Positions 1 to 8,295 are shown, counted from the first letter of the stretch. The stretch: 64,000 nucleotides of DNA from an uncultured Bifidobacterium sp. (GCA_964567545.1 CAZMNB010000001.1:43763-107762), one strand, 5' to 3'. Notes: generated from the sequence alone by a model not told the origin. Translations and numbers: made by a program.

Positions 1-410
1 TCCGAGATACTTCCAAGAATCGCCAAAGGACCAATGGCGAAGATTAGTGAAGCGCTCACAAAACCATCAACAAATGGAGAAGCGCCGCTTGGATCAAATT
101 TTGATTTCAAGAATACTCCAGCATTTTCTAGCCTAACTTCAATATTTAATGCAGAACCTACTATTGCACCAAGCAAGAGCGTCGAAAGTACAGTAAGTAA
201 GGTCCAACCAGTTGGAACTGCCATTTTGAATTTGGTATCCCAGAGCGCGTAGATAGCACTTGCCCCAGAGATCAATGTAATAAATCCAAGTACATCCGTA
301 ATTAAATTGCGGGTCGATTCTTTAAATCTTTTCCCGATTAAGATTCCAATTACGGAGCCAATTATGATCGCAACGATATTTATTAGTGTGCCAATACCAG
401 GAAACATCAT
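1..410 (-). CDS. DUF554 (YdfK/YqgA-like) family membrane protein, partial; the N-terminal ~136 aa are in the window and the C-terminus runs off the window edge
   Basis: My own translation of the minus strand is open from position 1 to the ATG at 408-410. It is absent from the ORF track because it runs off the edge. The sequence MMFPGIGTLINIVAIIIGSVIGILIGKRF...FVDGFVSASLIFAIGPLAILGSIS is multi-TM. It matches the N-terminus and the FxxGFxxASLxFxxGxxAIxGS block I remember for DUF554. Its start overlaps the uppP stop in an ATGA junction. Confidence 0.65.
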   Translation of the reverse strand, partial: MMFPGIGTLINIVAIIIGSVIGILIGKRFKESTRNLITDVLGFITLISGASAIYALWDTKFKMAVPTGWTLLTVLSTLLLGAIVGSALNIEVRLENAGVFLKSKFDPSGASPFVDGFVSASLIFAIGPLAILGSIS

Positions 411-1273
411 AAAAATCTCACAATGGAAATCAGGCCCACGAGCAAACAATAAATTGCAAACGGATAAAGAGTTTTACTCCTGAACCATTTGACTAAGAAA
501 CTTATTGAGAAATAGGTTGCTGCAAATGAAACAATCGACCCCGCGATAACTGGTCCGGCTAGGTGGCGAAGTTCTGGCGTAAATAACTCCGGCAATTTGA
601 GCAAGCTAGCCCCCGCGATAACCGGCAAAGCCAGAAGAAAAGCAAACTCCGCGGCCACGCTATGATGCATTTTGCGCAAAAGTCCCGCGCTAATTGTGAT
701 ACCAAATCGACTAATACCGGCAAAAAGAGCCAAACTTTGAGCAAACCCAACCGCCACTGCTGAACTCGGAGTTATATGTTCGGAAATATTAATGACCGAG
801 TTTGTGGAAGTTGCCAGAGTGTTAGTTTTACGAGATAAACGTTCTACTGAAATAAGAATTAGACCATTTATAGTCAGGAATATTGCGCTTGGTAACGGAT
901 CGCCAAATAGATTTTGTAGCGGCCCTTCAAAAGCGTAACCGAGCGCTCCAACCGGGATGGTCGCGATAATTATCATCAAAAAAAGTTTTGTATTGGGTGT
1001 TGCGTAGTTTCTACTTCGCACACTTTTCAAGGTGGCGCCAAACATTGCAAACCATCGGTTTCGAAAAACAAAAAAGAGAGCCAAGGCACTCGCCGCGTGC
1101 AGTGCAATCGTTACCGTTAAATAAGGTGAAGCCGGGTCAGAAATGAAACTTGCCCAACTGCCACCGATCCACGCTGGGATTAGCACTGCGTGACCTAAAC
1201 TTGAAATCGGGAACAACTCAGTTATCCCTTGAATTAAGCCAGTCAGAATTGATTGCGTATAAGAAAGTTCCAT
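407..1273 (-). CDS. uppP: undecaprenyl-diphosphate phosphatase (UppP/BacA)
   Basis: 288 aa polytopic membrane protein. The N-terminal GLIQGITELFPISSLGH matches the UppP E..PxSSxGH motif, and the length is typical. Confidence 0.9.
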   Translation of the reverse strand: MELSYTQSILTGLIQGITELFPISSLGHAVLIPAWIGGSWASFISDPASPYLTVTIALHAASALALFFVFRNRWFAMFGATLKSVRSRNYATPNTKLFLMIIIATIPVGALGYAFEGPLQNLFGDPLPSAIFLTINGLILISVERLSRKTNTLATSTNSVINISEHITPSSAVAVGFAQSLALFAGISRFGITISAGLLRKMHHSVAAEFAFLLALPVIAGASLLKLPELFTPELRHLAGPVIAGSIVSFAATYFSISFLVKWFRSKTLYPFAIYCLLVGLISIVRFL

Positions 1274-1324
1274 TGCGGCAGGTTACCCAATTTTTAAGTA
1301 ATATCTTCATAGTAGGGTTCTGGG

Positions 1325-1990
1325 ATGGCTAATATCTTGAGCGATTTTTTGAGACCGCATCGCACTATTCCAATAACTCCGTGGACCGCTCCTTCTCGTT
1401 GGTCAATCTCGCCACTACGAATTTCGGTATTAACTTTTGGCTTATCGGTCTTTGGTATTGGTGAAGCGTTTCTGCTCCAATCTGGCATTGGTAACTCACC
1501 TTGGACGGTATTAGCGGAAGGGTTATCGTTACATCTACCCATTCCAATTGGTGGCGCTACTGCATTAATAAGTTGCATAGTTCTCTTGCTCTGGATTCCG
1601 CTTAAAGAAAAACCAGGATTTGGCACGATCTTAAATATTTTAGTTATCGCAGGGGCTCTCCAAATTGGCATTGCCATAATTCCCCATCAAAATAATTTTC
1701 TATTCGGATTGATTTTTGCATTAATCGGGATTGGTGCAGTTGGTATCGGGAGTGGGATATATATAACTTGCGGCTTAGGACCTGGACCCCGAGATGGGTT
1801 AATGACCGCTTTACATAATCGAACTGGCATCCGCGTGGGCAGAGTTAGATTGACCTTAGAAATTTTGGTGTTGAGCAGCGGTTGGCTATTGGGCGGCACC
1901 GTTGGAATTGGCACTGCTCTTTTTGCGCTCCTAATTGGACAATCAATAGCAATTTGTTTTGGTGTCGTTTCCCGAATTACCGCCCAGTAA
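1325..1990 (+). CDS. YczE/YitT-like (DUF6198) integral membrane protein
   Basis: 221 aa with multiple TM segments. GEAFLLQSGIGNSPWTVLAEGL resembles the GxGxSPWDV motif of YczE-type proteins. It is divergent from uppP. Confidence 0.55.
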   Translation: MANILSDFLRPHRTIPITPWTAPSRWSISPLRISVLTFGLSVFGIGEAFLLQSGIGNSPWTVLAEGLSLHLPIPIGGATALISCIVLLLWIPLKEKPGFGTILNILVIAGALQIGIAIIPHQNNFLFGLIFALIGIGAVGIGSGIYITCGLGPGPRDGLMTALHNRTGIRVGRVRLTLEILVLSSGWLLGGTVGIGTALFALLIGQSIAICFGVVSRITAQ

Positions 1991-2080
1991 GGCGTACGGT
2001 TAAAGCCTCCCCTCGGCCTGTGGACCGTCTCCGCACGGGGTCGCAAACACCCCCGATACCAAAACAGATGGGGGTAAGTC

Positions 2081-3517
2081 ATGCTGGATAGTTATTTTAA
2101 AATCTCGCAACGTGGCTCAACCGTAGGACAAGAAGTTCGTGGCGGAATCGTTACCTTCTTCACGATGGCTTATATCGTGGCGCTTAATCCACTCATTATT
2201 GGATTAGCAAAAGATGGCGATGGGAAGTTTCTTGGTGGCGGAGATGCTCCTAATCTCGCACTGATTGCAGCTGCAACAGCACTTGTCGCGGGCGTTATGA
2301 CAATTCTTATGGGTGTAGTGGCTAATTTCCCACTCGCACTTGCAACCGGTCTCGGTTTAAATACTTTCGTAGCCGTTGGAATTGCTTCACGTATGACGTG
2401 GGCCGATGCGATGGGTTTAATAGTTCTCGAAGGTTTGATCATTACAGTTCTAGTCCTAACTGGCTTCCGGGTTGCCGTATTTAAAGCCGTGCCAACCCAA
2501 CTTAAAGTTGCGATCTCGGTTGGTATTGGTCTCTTTATTGCCTTAATCGGTTTGGTCGACGCAGGTTTCGTACGTAGAACTGCATCTGGACCAGTCCCGG
2601 TAACACTTGGCGATAGTGGAACTCTAGTTGGTTGGCCAGTCATGGTTTTTGGTTTTGGCTTGCTGCTTATGGTTGGTTTAATGGTTCGCAAAATTAAAGC
2701 TGCACTTCTGATCGGAATTGTAGTTTCAACAATAATTGCGATTGTTATCGAATCATCGCTAAAGATCGGTCCAAATTTTGATGGCGCTACTGGCAAAGTT
2801 AATCCAAAAGGTTGGGGCTTAAATGTTCCAGCGATGCCAGATAAAGCATTAGCCACGCCAGATTTTGGTCTATTGGGACATTTCAACTTATTCGGATCAT
2901 TTAGTCGAATCTCAGCTGTATCCGCGCTCCTGATCGTATTCTCTCTCTTACTTGCCGATTTCTTCGACACTATGGGAACTATGACCGCGATTGGTCAAGA
3001 AGCTGGATTGGTTGACCGTGATGGCAATGTCCCTGGAGCAGAACGGATTTTGATCGTCGACTCGATCGCTGCTGCTGCGGGCGGTGCTGCTGGAGTTTCA
3101 TCTAACACTTCTTATATCGAATCTGCATCAGGTGTCGGTGAAGGAGCGCGTACCGGTTTAGCATCCGTTGTTACTGGTATTTGTTTCTTGTTGACTACTT
3201 TCTTAGCTCCACTTGTCGCAGTAATTCCTTACGAGGCCGCAACTCCCGCGCTTGTCATAGTCGGTTTCTTAATGATGACCGGAATCAAACAAATTGATTG
3301 GGATGATCTCGGAATAGCAATTCCAGCATTCTTAACTATTATTTTGATGCCATTTACCTACAATATTTCGGTAGGTATTGGCGCTGGTTTCGTTACATAC
3401 GTGGTGATTCGCTTCATTCAAGGAAGAAAGAGTGAGATCCATCCGCTGCTATTCCTAGTTTCGGGGCTCTTTATGGTCTATTTCTTGTCATCTCCAATTA
3501 ATGCTTGGATTGGATAA
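2081..3517 (+). CDS. NCS2/AzgA-family purine (adenine/guanine/hypoxanthine) permease
   Basis: 478 aa with about 12-14 TM segments. The N-terminus MLDSYFKISQRGSTVGQEVRGGIVTFFTMAYIVALNP is the characteristic start of PbuG/AzgA-type permeases. Confidence 0.85.
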   Translation: MLDSYFKISQRGSTVGQEVRGGIVTFFTMAYIVALNPLIIGLAKDGDGKFLGGGDAPNLALIAAATALVAGVMTILMGVVANFPLALATGLGLNTFVAVGIASRMTWADAMGLIVLEGLIITVLVLTGFRVAVFKAVPTQLKVAISVGIGLFIALIGLVDAGFVRRTASGPVPVTLGDSGTLVGWPVMVFGFGLLLMVGLMVRKIKAALLIGIVVSTIIAIVIESSLKIGPNFDGATGKVNPKGWGLNVPAMPDKALATPDFGLLGHFNLFGSFSRISAVSALLIVFSLLLADFFDTMGTMTAIGQEAGLVDRDGNVPGAERILIVDSIAAAAGGAAGVSSNTSYIESASGVGEGARTGLASVVTGICFLLTTFLAPLVAVIPYEAATPALVIVGFLMMTGIKQIDWDDLGIAIPAFLTIILMPFTYNISVGIGAGFVTYVVIRFIQGRKSEIHPLLFLVSGLFMVYFLSSPINAWIG

Positions 3518-3535
3518 GCGGTAGCTAACTTCTAG

Positions 3536-3569
3536 AAAAATAGGGTCCAGAGATTGGGCCCTATTTTTT
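3536..3569. terminator. bidirectional intrinsic terminator between convergent genes
   Basis: AAAAA-TAGGGTCC-agagatt-GGGCCCTA-TTTTTT. This is an 8-bp stem with one G-T wobble and a 7-nt loop, with an A-run on one side and a T-run on the other. It sits between the permease stop (3517) and the ABC ATPase stop (3568-3570). Confidence 0.7.
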
Positions 3570-4350
3570 ATTCTGCTATCGCGTAATATCGGCCATGATT
3601 GAATTCAAGGGTAATTGGGATACCGTAAAGTTGCGAGAGAGTTGCCGAAGTTAGATTCTCCGCAATTGAACCGCTACGTAACGGCAATCCATCTTTCAAT
3701 AAAAGAACATGCGTAGTACCAGCTGGAATCTCTTCAATATGATGGGTAACAATCACAGTTGCCGGTGCAGTAGGTTCAGATGCGAATTGAGAAATCCTGC
3801 GCAAAATATCCTCACGACCTCCCAAGTCCAATCCCGCCGCAGGTTCATCCAAAAGCAATATCTCCGGATCAGACATAATTGCTCGCGCAATTTGAACTCT
3901 TTTCTTCTCACCTTCACTTAGAGTTCCAAATAGCCGCTCGCCTAATTCACGTACGCCAAATGTGGTTAATAAGGCTTTAGCACGGGATTCATCCCAGAGA
4001 TCATAAATTTCTTCCCAACGTTCCAACATTGCATAAGCCGCTGTTAATACGGTATCGATAACTTTTTCATCAGGCGGCAACAAATCGATCATGGCGCTTG
4101 AAGTGAACCCAACTCTATTTCTAAGTTCAAAAAGATCTATTTTGCCTAGTTGTTTTCCTAATACAGAAACTGTACCTGTGGTTGGATGAGCAAAAGTGGC
4201 GCACATCTGCAACAAAGTAGTTTTGCCTGCGCCATTTGGTCCGAGAATCACCCATCGCTCGCCCGCGTTTACATCCCAGTCAATTGGCCCCAAAACTACT
4301 CGAGTTCCTTTTCGGACCGATACATTTTGAAATGATAAAACGGCGCTCAT
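3568..4350 (-). CDS. ABC transporter ATP-binding protein (orphan ATPase, YlmA/ModF-like)
   Basis: Walker A GPNGAGKTTLLQ, signature LSEGEKKRVQIARA and Walker B ILLLDEP are present. The ORF is open to a TTG at 4392, but the ATG at 4350 (MSAVLSFQNVSV...) gives the canonical ABC N-terminus and avoids overlap with serB. Confidence 0.85.
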   Translation of the reverse strand: MSAVLSFQNVSVRKGTRVVLGPIDWDVNAGERWVILGPNGAGKTTLLQMCATFAHPTTGTVSVLGKQLGKIDLFELRNRVGFTSSAMIDLLPPDEKVIDTVLTAAYAMLERWEEIYDLWDESRAKALLTTFGVRELGERLFGTLSEGEKKRVQIARAIMSDPEILLLDEPAAGLDLGGREDILRRISQFASEPTAPATVIVTHHIEEIPAGTTHVLLLKDGLPLRSGSIAENLTSATLSQLYGIPITLEFNHGRYYAIAE

Positions 4351-4380
4351 AGGTGAGAAAGATACCGATAAACTCGACAA

Positions 4381-5583
4381 GTGAGCGGACAAACACCTAG
4401 ATCTAAAAGACCAACATTTACTGGACTACTCCTATTTAGTGGCTTGGATAAATCTGGAATCGCGGCGGGGATATTTGCTGCGCTTTCACCTTTTTCGATA
4501 AAGGTTGTCGATGTGGAACAGATATTAATAGGCGAGCGAACATTACTTACGATACTGATTGAATTAGATGCAGCTCATGCTGAGAGTATCGAAACTGATT
4601 TGACGGAGATAGCCAGAACGCTGGAGATGGATTTCGCGGCTGCATTCGGAGAAGAACCCAAACAGCGCTCAATGCAATCCCCCGCTAAAATTGTGATTGT
4701 TGGAAATAGTATTGCGCCTAAAGCGCTTCATGATATCGCGGCTGCAATTACAGCTGCTGGTGGCAATATCAACCGGATAGTTCGAATAGCAGCTAATCCG
4801 ATATTGGCAATGGAGTTTTTTATCTCAGTCGATAGCGCCGAATTAGATAATTTGCGTAGCAAACTTAAGAATGTAGGTAAAGATAATGCAACTGGTATAT
4901 CGCTCATCACAGATAGTGCAGGAACTGGATTGCGAAAACTGGTAATTTTTGATGTCGATTCCACACTAATTCAAGAAGAGGTTATTGATTTGCTTGCGGT
5001 CCGAGCAAATGTCGGGGATCAAGTATCTGCGATTACTGCTCGCGCGATGCGTGGTGAAATTGATTTTGCAGAATCTTTAACCGCAAGAGTTTCGCTTTTG
5101 GCCGGCTTAAGTGCCGAAGAATTAATCGATGTTAAAACCGATATTCATTTATCTGCCGGCGCTAAGAATTTGATCAACTTTCTACAAAAACAGGGTCATA
5201 TCGTTGCGGCAGTCTCTGGCGGTTTTACCGATGTATTACAACCAATAATGAACGAGCTAGGAATTGCGAATTATCGCGCCAATAAATTGGAGATAGTAGC
5301 CGGGAAATTGACTGGCAAAATATTGGGCGAAATCGTAGATGCGAGAGCGAAGTCCGAAATTCTGCTCAAATTTGCTCAAGAGTTCAATTTTCAAATTGCG
5401 CAGACGGTTGCAATCGGAGATGGAGCCAATGACTTAATCATGTTAGAGACCGCTGGAATCGGCATTGCATTTAACGCGAAGCCGAAACTAAAAGAGGTGG
5501 CCGACATTATTTTGGATATCCCTAACCTTGATGGCGTTATTTATCTTCTGGGTATGAGCGCGTTGGATGTAACCAGTAATTGA
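4381..5583 (+). CDS. serB: phosphoserine phosphatase SerB with N-terminal tandem ACT domains (SerB2 type)
   Basis: HAD-IB motifs are present: LVIFDVDSTLIQEEVID (DxDxT), SGGF and GDGANDL. An N-terminal ~180 aa region resembles two ACT repeats, as in mycobacterial SerB2. The start codon is GTG. Confidence 0.85.
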   Translation: MSGQTPRSKRPTFTGLLLFSGLDKSGIAAGIFAALSPFSIKVVDVEQILIGERTLLTILIELDAAHAESIETDLTEIARTLEMDFAAAFGEEPKQRSMQSPAKIVIVGNSIAPKALHDIAAAITAAGGNINRIVRIAANPILAMEFFISVDSAELDNLRSKLKNVGKDNATGISLITDSAGTGLRKLVIFDVDSTLIQEEVIDLLAVRANVGDQVSAITARAMRGEIDFAESLTARVSLLAGLSAEELIDVKTDIHLSAGAKNLINFLQKQGHIVAAVSGGFTDVLQPIMNELGIANYRANKLEIVAGKLTGKILGEIVDARAKSEILLKFAQEFNFQIAQTVAIGDGANDLIMLETAGIGIAFNAKPKLKEVADIILDIPNLDGVIYLLGMSALDVTSN

Positions 5584-5587
5584 TAAG

Positions 5588-6433
5588 TTAAAGACGACTG
5601 GCGTGGATATCTGTAACCAATATTCCTCGTGCGCCGGCTTCATATAGATCATCCATGACAGAGTGAATCTCTTTCCGTAAAACCATAGCTCGCACCGCAG
5701 ACCAGCCACTTTTCTGAAGTGGGGATACCGTAGGTGATTCGATTCCAGGGGTTATTGCGCAAGCCGCGCTAAGGTTTGCGTTTTCTACGTCGTAATCGAC
5801 TAATACATATTGTCGCGCTATCACCACACCCGTCAAGCGTCGGATCATCGTTTCAATTTGTGGATTACGGATCGCGCCAATTCGTTCTATCAGAATGGCT
5901 TCGCTTCGCAGAATTGGATCCCCAAATACTTTAAGACCAGCTTGCTTTAAAGTTCCGCCTGTCGAAACAACATCAGCAATAACGTCTGCAACTCCCAAGC
6001 GAATCGAGCTCTCTACCGCCCCGTCCAACTTAACAATCTTTGCAGAAATACCTTTAGTTTTAAGATAAGAATCAACAATTCCTGGATATGCGGTTGCAAT
6101 TCGCCTATTTTCGATATCGCTTTCCTTGACATATTGGCCGGCAGCTGCAAAGCGAAAAGTACTTTTTCCAAAATCTAAACCAAGTACCTCCACTGCTTCC
6201 GCAGCGCTATCGATTAGCAAATCTCTACCGGTGATTCCAATTTGCAATTCACCAGAGCCTACGTAAAGGGCAATATCTCGCGGACGTAAATAATAGAATT
6301 CGACATCATTTTCTGGATCAATAAAAATCAAATCTCGAGCATCGCTACGTTGTCGATATCCAGCTTCACGCAAAATTGCGATAGCTGATTCAGATAATGA
6401 ACCTTTATTAGGTAGCGCAACTTTAAGAGTCAT
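5588..6433 (-). CDS. hisG: ATP phosphoribosyltransferase, long form
   Basis: 281 aa. The N-terminus MTLKVALPNKGSLSESAIAILREAGY is typical of HisG, and the gene is adjacent to hisE. Confidence 0.92.
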   Translation of the reverse strand: MTLKVALPNKGSLSESAIAILREAGYRQRSDARDLIFIDPENDVEFYYLRPRDIALYVGSGELQIGITGRDLLIDSAAEAVEVLGLDFGKSTFRFAAAGQYVKESDIENRRIATAYPGIVDSYLKTKGISAKIVKLDGAVESSIRLGVADVIADVVSTGGTLKQAGLKVFGDPILRSEAILIERIGAIRNPQIETMIRRLTGVVIARQYVLVDYDVENANLSAACAITPGIESPTVSPLQKSGWSAVRAMVLRKEIHSVMDDLYEAGARGILVTDIHASRL

Positions 6434-6459
6434 CTTAATAAGTACTCTTATTTGACATG

Positions 6460-6723
6460 TTAAAGCGTTTCATAAATATCACCTAATGTTATTCCGCGAG
6501 AAATCATTAGAACTTGCAGGTGGTATAAAAGTTGACTAATTTCGAGAGCGAGTTCTTGGTTGGTTTGATGTTCGGCAGCAATCCAAACTTCACCGGCCTC
6601 TTCGATTATCTTTTTTCCAATTGCGTGTATCCCACAATCTAATTCAGCGATAGTTTTCGATCCCTCTGGGCGGTCAGAGGCAATTTGATTCAATTCCGCC
6701 CAGAGACTCTCGAAACTTTTCAT
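6460..6723 (-). CDS. hisE: phosphoribosyl-ATP pyrophosphatase
   Basis: 87 aa MazG-like protein. F..L...I..R......S.T..L and the block KK..EEA.E...A match HisE. It lies directly upstream of hisG. Confidence 0.9.
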   Translation of the reverse strand: MKSFESLWAELNQIASDRPEGSKTIAELDCGIHAIGKKIIEEAGEVWIAAEHQTNQELALEISQLLYHLQVLMISRGITLGDIYETL

Positions 6724-6735
6724 ATAGATATTTTA

Positions 6736-7410
6736 CTAGAGTGATACGCGCTCTCGCTTTGATATTTTCAGCCATGAGATGAATCCCCAAAGCACGAACG
6801 GTAAATAAATCGCATATAACGTCCCGGTCGGGTAATAACCATTCTTGAAGGCAAACGGTACGCCTACCAGATCTACTGCTACCCAAACCAACCAAAATTC
6901 AACATACCCGCGACTCATCCCAAAAGTGGCAAGTGCTGTACCCGTGAAGATCCAGGTATCAACCAATAACCAAGTACCACTCTCCCCAAGAGCTTTAAAT
7001 ATTTGATAGGCAAGCAGATAAAAGAGAATTATTGCTGGTACCAGAATTGTTCGTTCTTTCATGGTGCTCCAACGTGGCAACACTGCAGGTTTCTCAACCC
7101 CGTTTTGGCTTCGGGTTGCGTTCCACTTAACCCACCCATAGATACTGACGACAATCAAAAGTAAATTTCGTCCGGCTTGACCATAGAAATTAGCATGTTC
7201 CTTATTATCGCCGAATGAAAAAACTGCACCAAGAAAAACTGTGAAAAGTAGCGCATCTCCCACAATTCCTGCCGGCCACGCGCTCACTTTGCGTCGCATG
7301 CCCAAAACTGCGCTAGTTAAACCGAGTGTGCCACCGATTACTTCGCGCCAAGCAATAGATTTCGAACCAAAATTGATTTGGGCTTCAAATAACCATTTTA
7401 ATAAAGACAT
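6736..7410 (-). CDS. ribM: PnuC-family transporter, predicted riboflavin transporter (RibM/PnuX type)
   Basis: 224 aa with about 7 TM segments. PnuC-like sequence is present (REVIGGTLGLTSAVLGMRRKVSAWPAGIVGDALL, W-rich C-terminus). It sits immediately downstream of an FMN riboswitch, which argues for riboflavin rather than nicotinamide riboside as the substrate. Confidence 0.8.
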   Translation of the reverse strand: MSLLKWLFEAQINFGSKSIAWREVIGGTLGLTSAVLGMRRKVSAWPAGIVGDALLFTVFLGAVFSFGDNKEHANFYGQAGRNLLLIVVSIYGWVKWNATRSQNGVEKPAVLPRWSTMKERTILVPAIILFYLLAYQIFKALGESGTWLLVDTWIFTGTALATFGMSRGYVEFWLVWVAVDLVGVPFAFKNGYYPTGTLYAIYLPFVLWGFISWLKISKRERVSL

Positions 7411-7482
7411 TCCGTGCTCCCTTAAATAGGCCGAGGGAGAGCAACTCGAACTCCAACTAAAAAAATATAGCTGGAAGCTCCG

Positions 7483-7606
7483 CGTTTTCCTTTATCCAGA
7501 CTCTAACTGTCGGTCTTGGAATTTCACCAAGTCAACCGACCTATGGTTTAGATCGGGTCGCGGACTTTCACCGCCGGTTCGGAATTACACCGACCCCCGG
7601 AAACGT
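7483..7606 (-). promoter_or_regulatory. FMN riboswitch (RFN element) aptamer; the expression platform extends to about 7411
   Basis: The minus-strand RNA is ACGUUUCCGGGGGUCGGUGUAAUUCCGAACCGGCGGUGAAAGUCCGCGACCCGAUCUAAACCAUAGGUCGGUUGACUUGGUGAAAUUCCAAGACCGACAGUUAGAGUCUGGAUAAAGGAAAACG. It carries the conserved RFN blocks (GG.GUAAUUCC..ACCGGCGGU.AAAGUCCGCGA, GGUGAAAUUCC, GACAGU.A.AGUCUGGAU) and a closing P1 (GUUUCC/GGAAAAC). Downstream, CUCCCU (7434-7439) can pair with the SD AGGGAG (7417-7422). There is also a weak hairpin followed by a U7 tract (7461-7480). Confidence 0.88.
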
Positions 7607-7626
7607 GTAACGAGAGTATGCCAGTT

Positions 7627-8295
7627 CTAACCTAAATACGCATCCCGAGCTAGTTCCCGCAATTTTGTAACCATTTGAGCAGGATCATTCGATCTATAAA
7701 CTGCGCTGCCAGCCACAAAAGTATCGGCTCCAGATTTGCTCGCTAACGCAATAGTTTCGATAGAAATGCCACCATCAACTTGCAACCAGGTATCGGCAAA
7801 ACCATCATTTCGTAACCAAGTTCTAACGGTTTCAACTTTTGGCATCATTTCTTTCATAAAACTTTGTCCACCGAAACCAGGTTCTACCGTCATTATTAAA
7901 ATTAAGTCAGCTAAATGCAGATATGGTTTCACTACATCGATTGCCGTACCAGGTTTAATGGCTAACCCAGCCCTAGTTCCAGTTTCTCTAATCTTGGTCA
8001 AAGTTACGGCAACATTTTCGGTGGCCTCAAAATGTACCGTCACGCTTACCGCCTTAGTGGCAGCATATTGCGGTCCAGCAATATCAGCCTTATCAACCAT
8101 CAAATGAACCTCAACTGGCAACGAACTGCTATTGATGATCTCGACAGATCTATTTAAATCAAAAGTGAAATTCGGTACAAATACGTTGTCCATGACATCT
8201 AAATGAATTAAATCTGCAGTGGTCGAAACTCGAGAGATTTCATTAGATAAATCATTTAAGTTCGCGTTTAAAATACTGGGACAGATACGAATCAT
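7627..8295 (-). CDS. rpe: ribulose-phosphate 3-epimerase
   Basis: 222 aa. ICPSILNANL...HLDVMDNVFVPNFTF and the VDGGI motifs match Rpe. The position after fmt-rsmB is the conserved one. Confidence 0.92.
   Translation of the reverse strand: MIRICPSILNANLNDLSNEISRVSTTADLIHLDVMDNVFVPNFTFDLNRSVEIINSSSLPVEVHLMVDKADIAGPQYAATKAVSVTVHFEATENVAVTLTKIRETGTRAGLAIKPGTAIDVVKPYLHLADLILIMTVEPGFGGQSFMKEMMPKVETVRTWLRNDGFADTWLQVDGGISIETIALASKSGADTFVAGSAVYRSNDPAQMVTKLRELARDAYLG

Noticed and set aside
34-252. 72-aa plus-strand ORF at the window start
   Set aside because: It lies entirely antisense to the edge-truncated DUF554 membrane protein gene, whose translation has clear family motifs. It has no recognisable motifs of its own.
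1991-2080. Classical guanine/adenine (purine) riboswitch upstream of the purine permease
   Set aside because: The three-way junction consensus I know (conserved U-rich J1/2, loop-loop kissing motifs and CCGACUA-type J3/1) is not present. I report the region only as an unclassified structured leader.
1294-2082. Minus-strand ORFs of 127 aa (1294-1677) and 131 aa (1687-2082), and a plus-strand ORF at 1882-2091
   Set aside because: They overlap the yczE-like gene or the structured leader. They are rich in Pro and Arg, with no motifs or plausible RBS.
2170-2970. 266-aa minus-strand ORF
   Set aside because: It is fully antisense to the well-supported NCS2 permease. Its composition is rich in Pro, Ser, Arg and Thr, which is typical of a shadow frame where wobble positions coincide.
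4351-4392. 14-codon extension of the ABC ATPase to a TTG start
   Set aside because: The ATG at 4350 gives the canonical ABC N-terminus. The extension would overlap the serB start.
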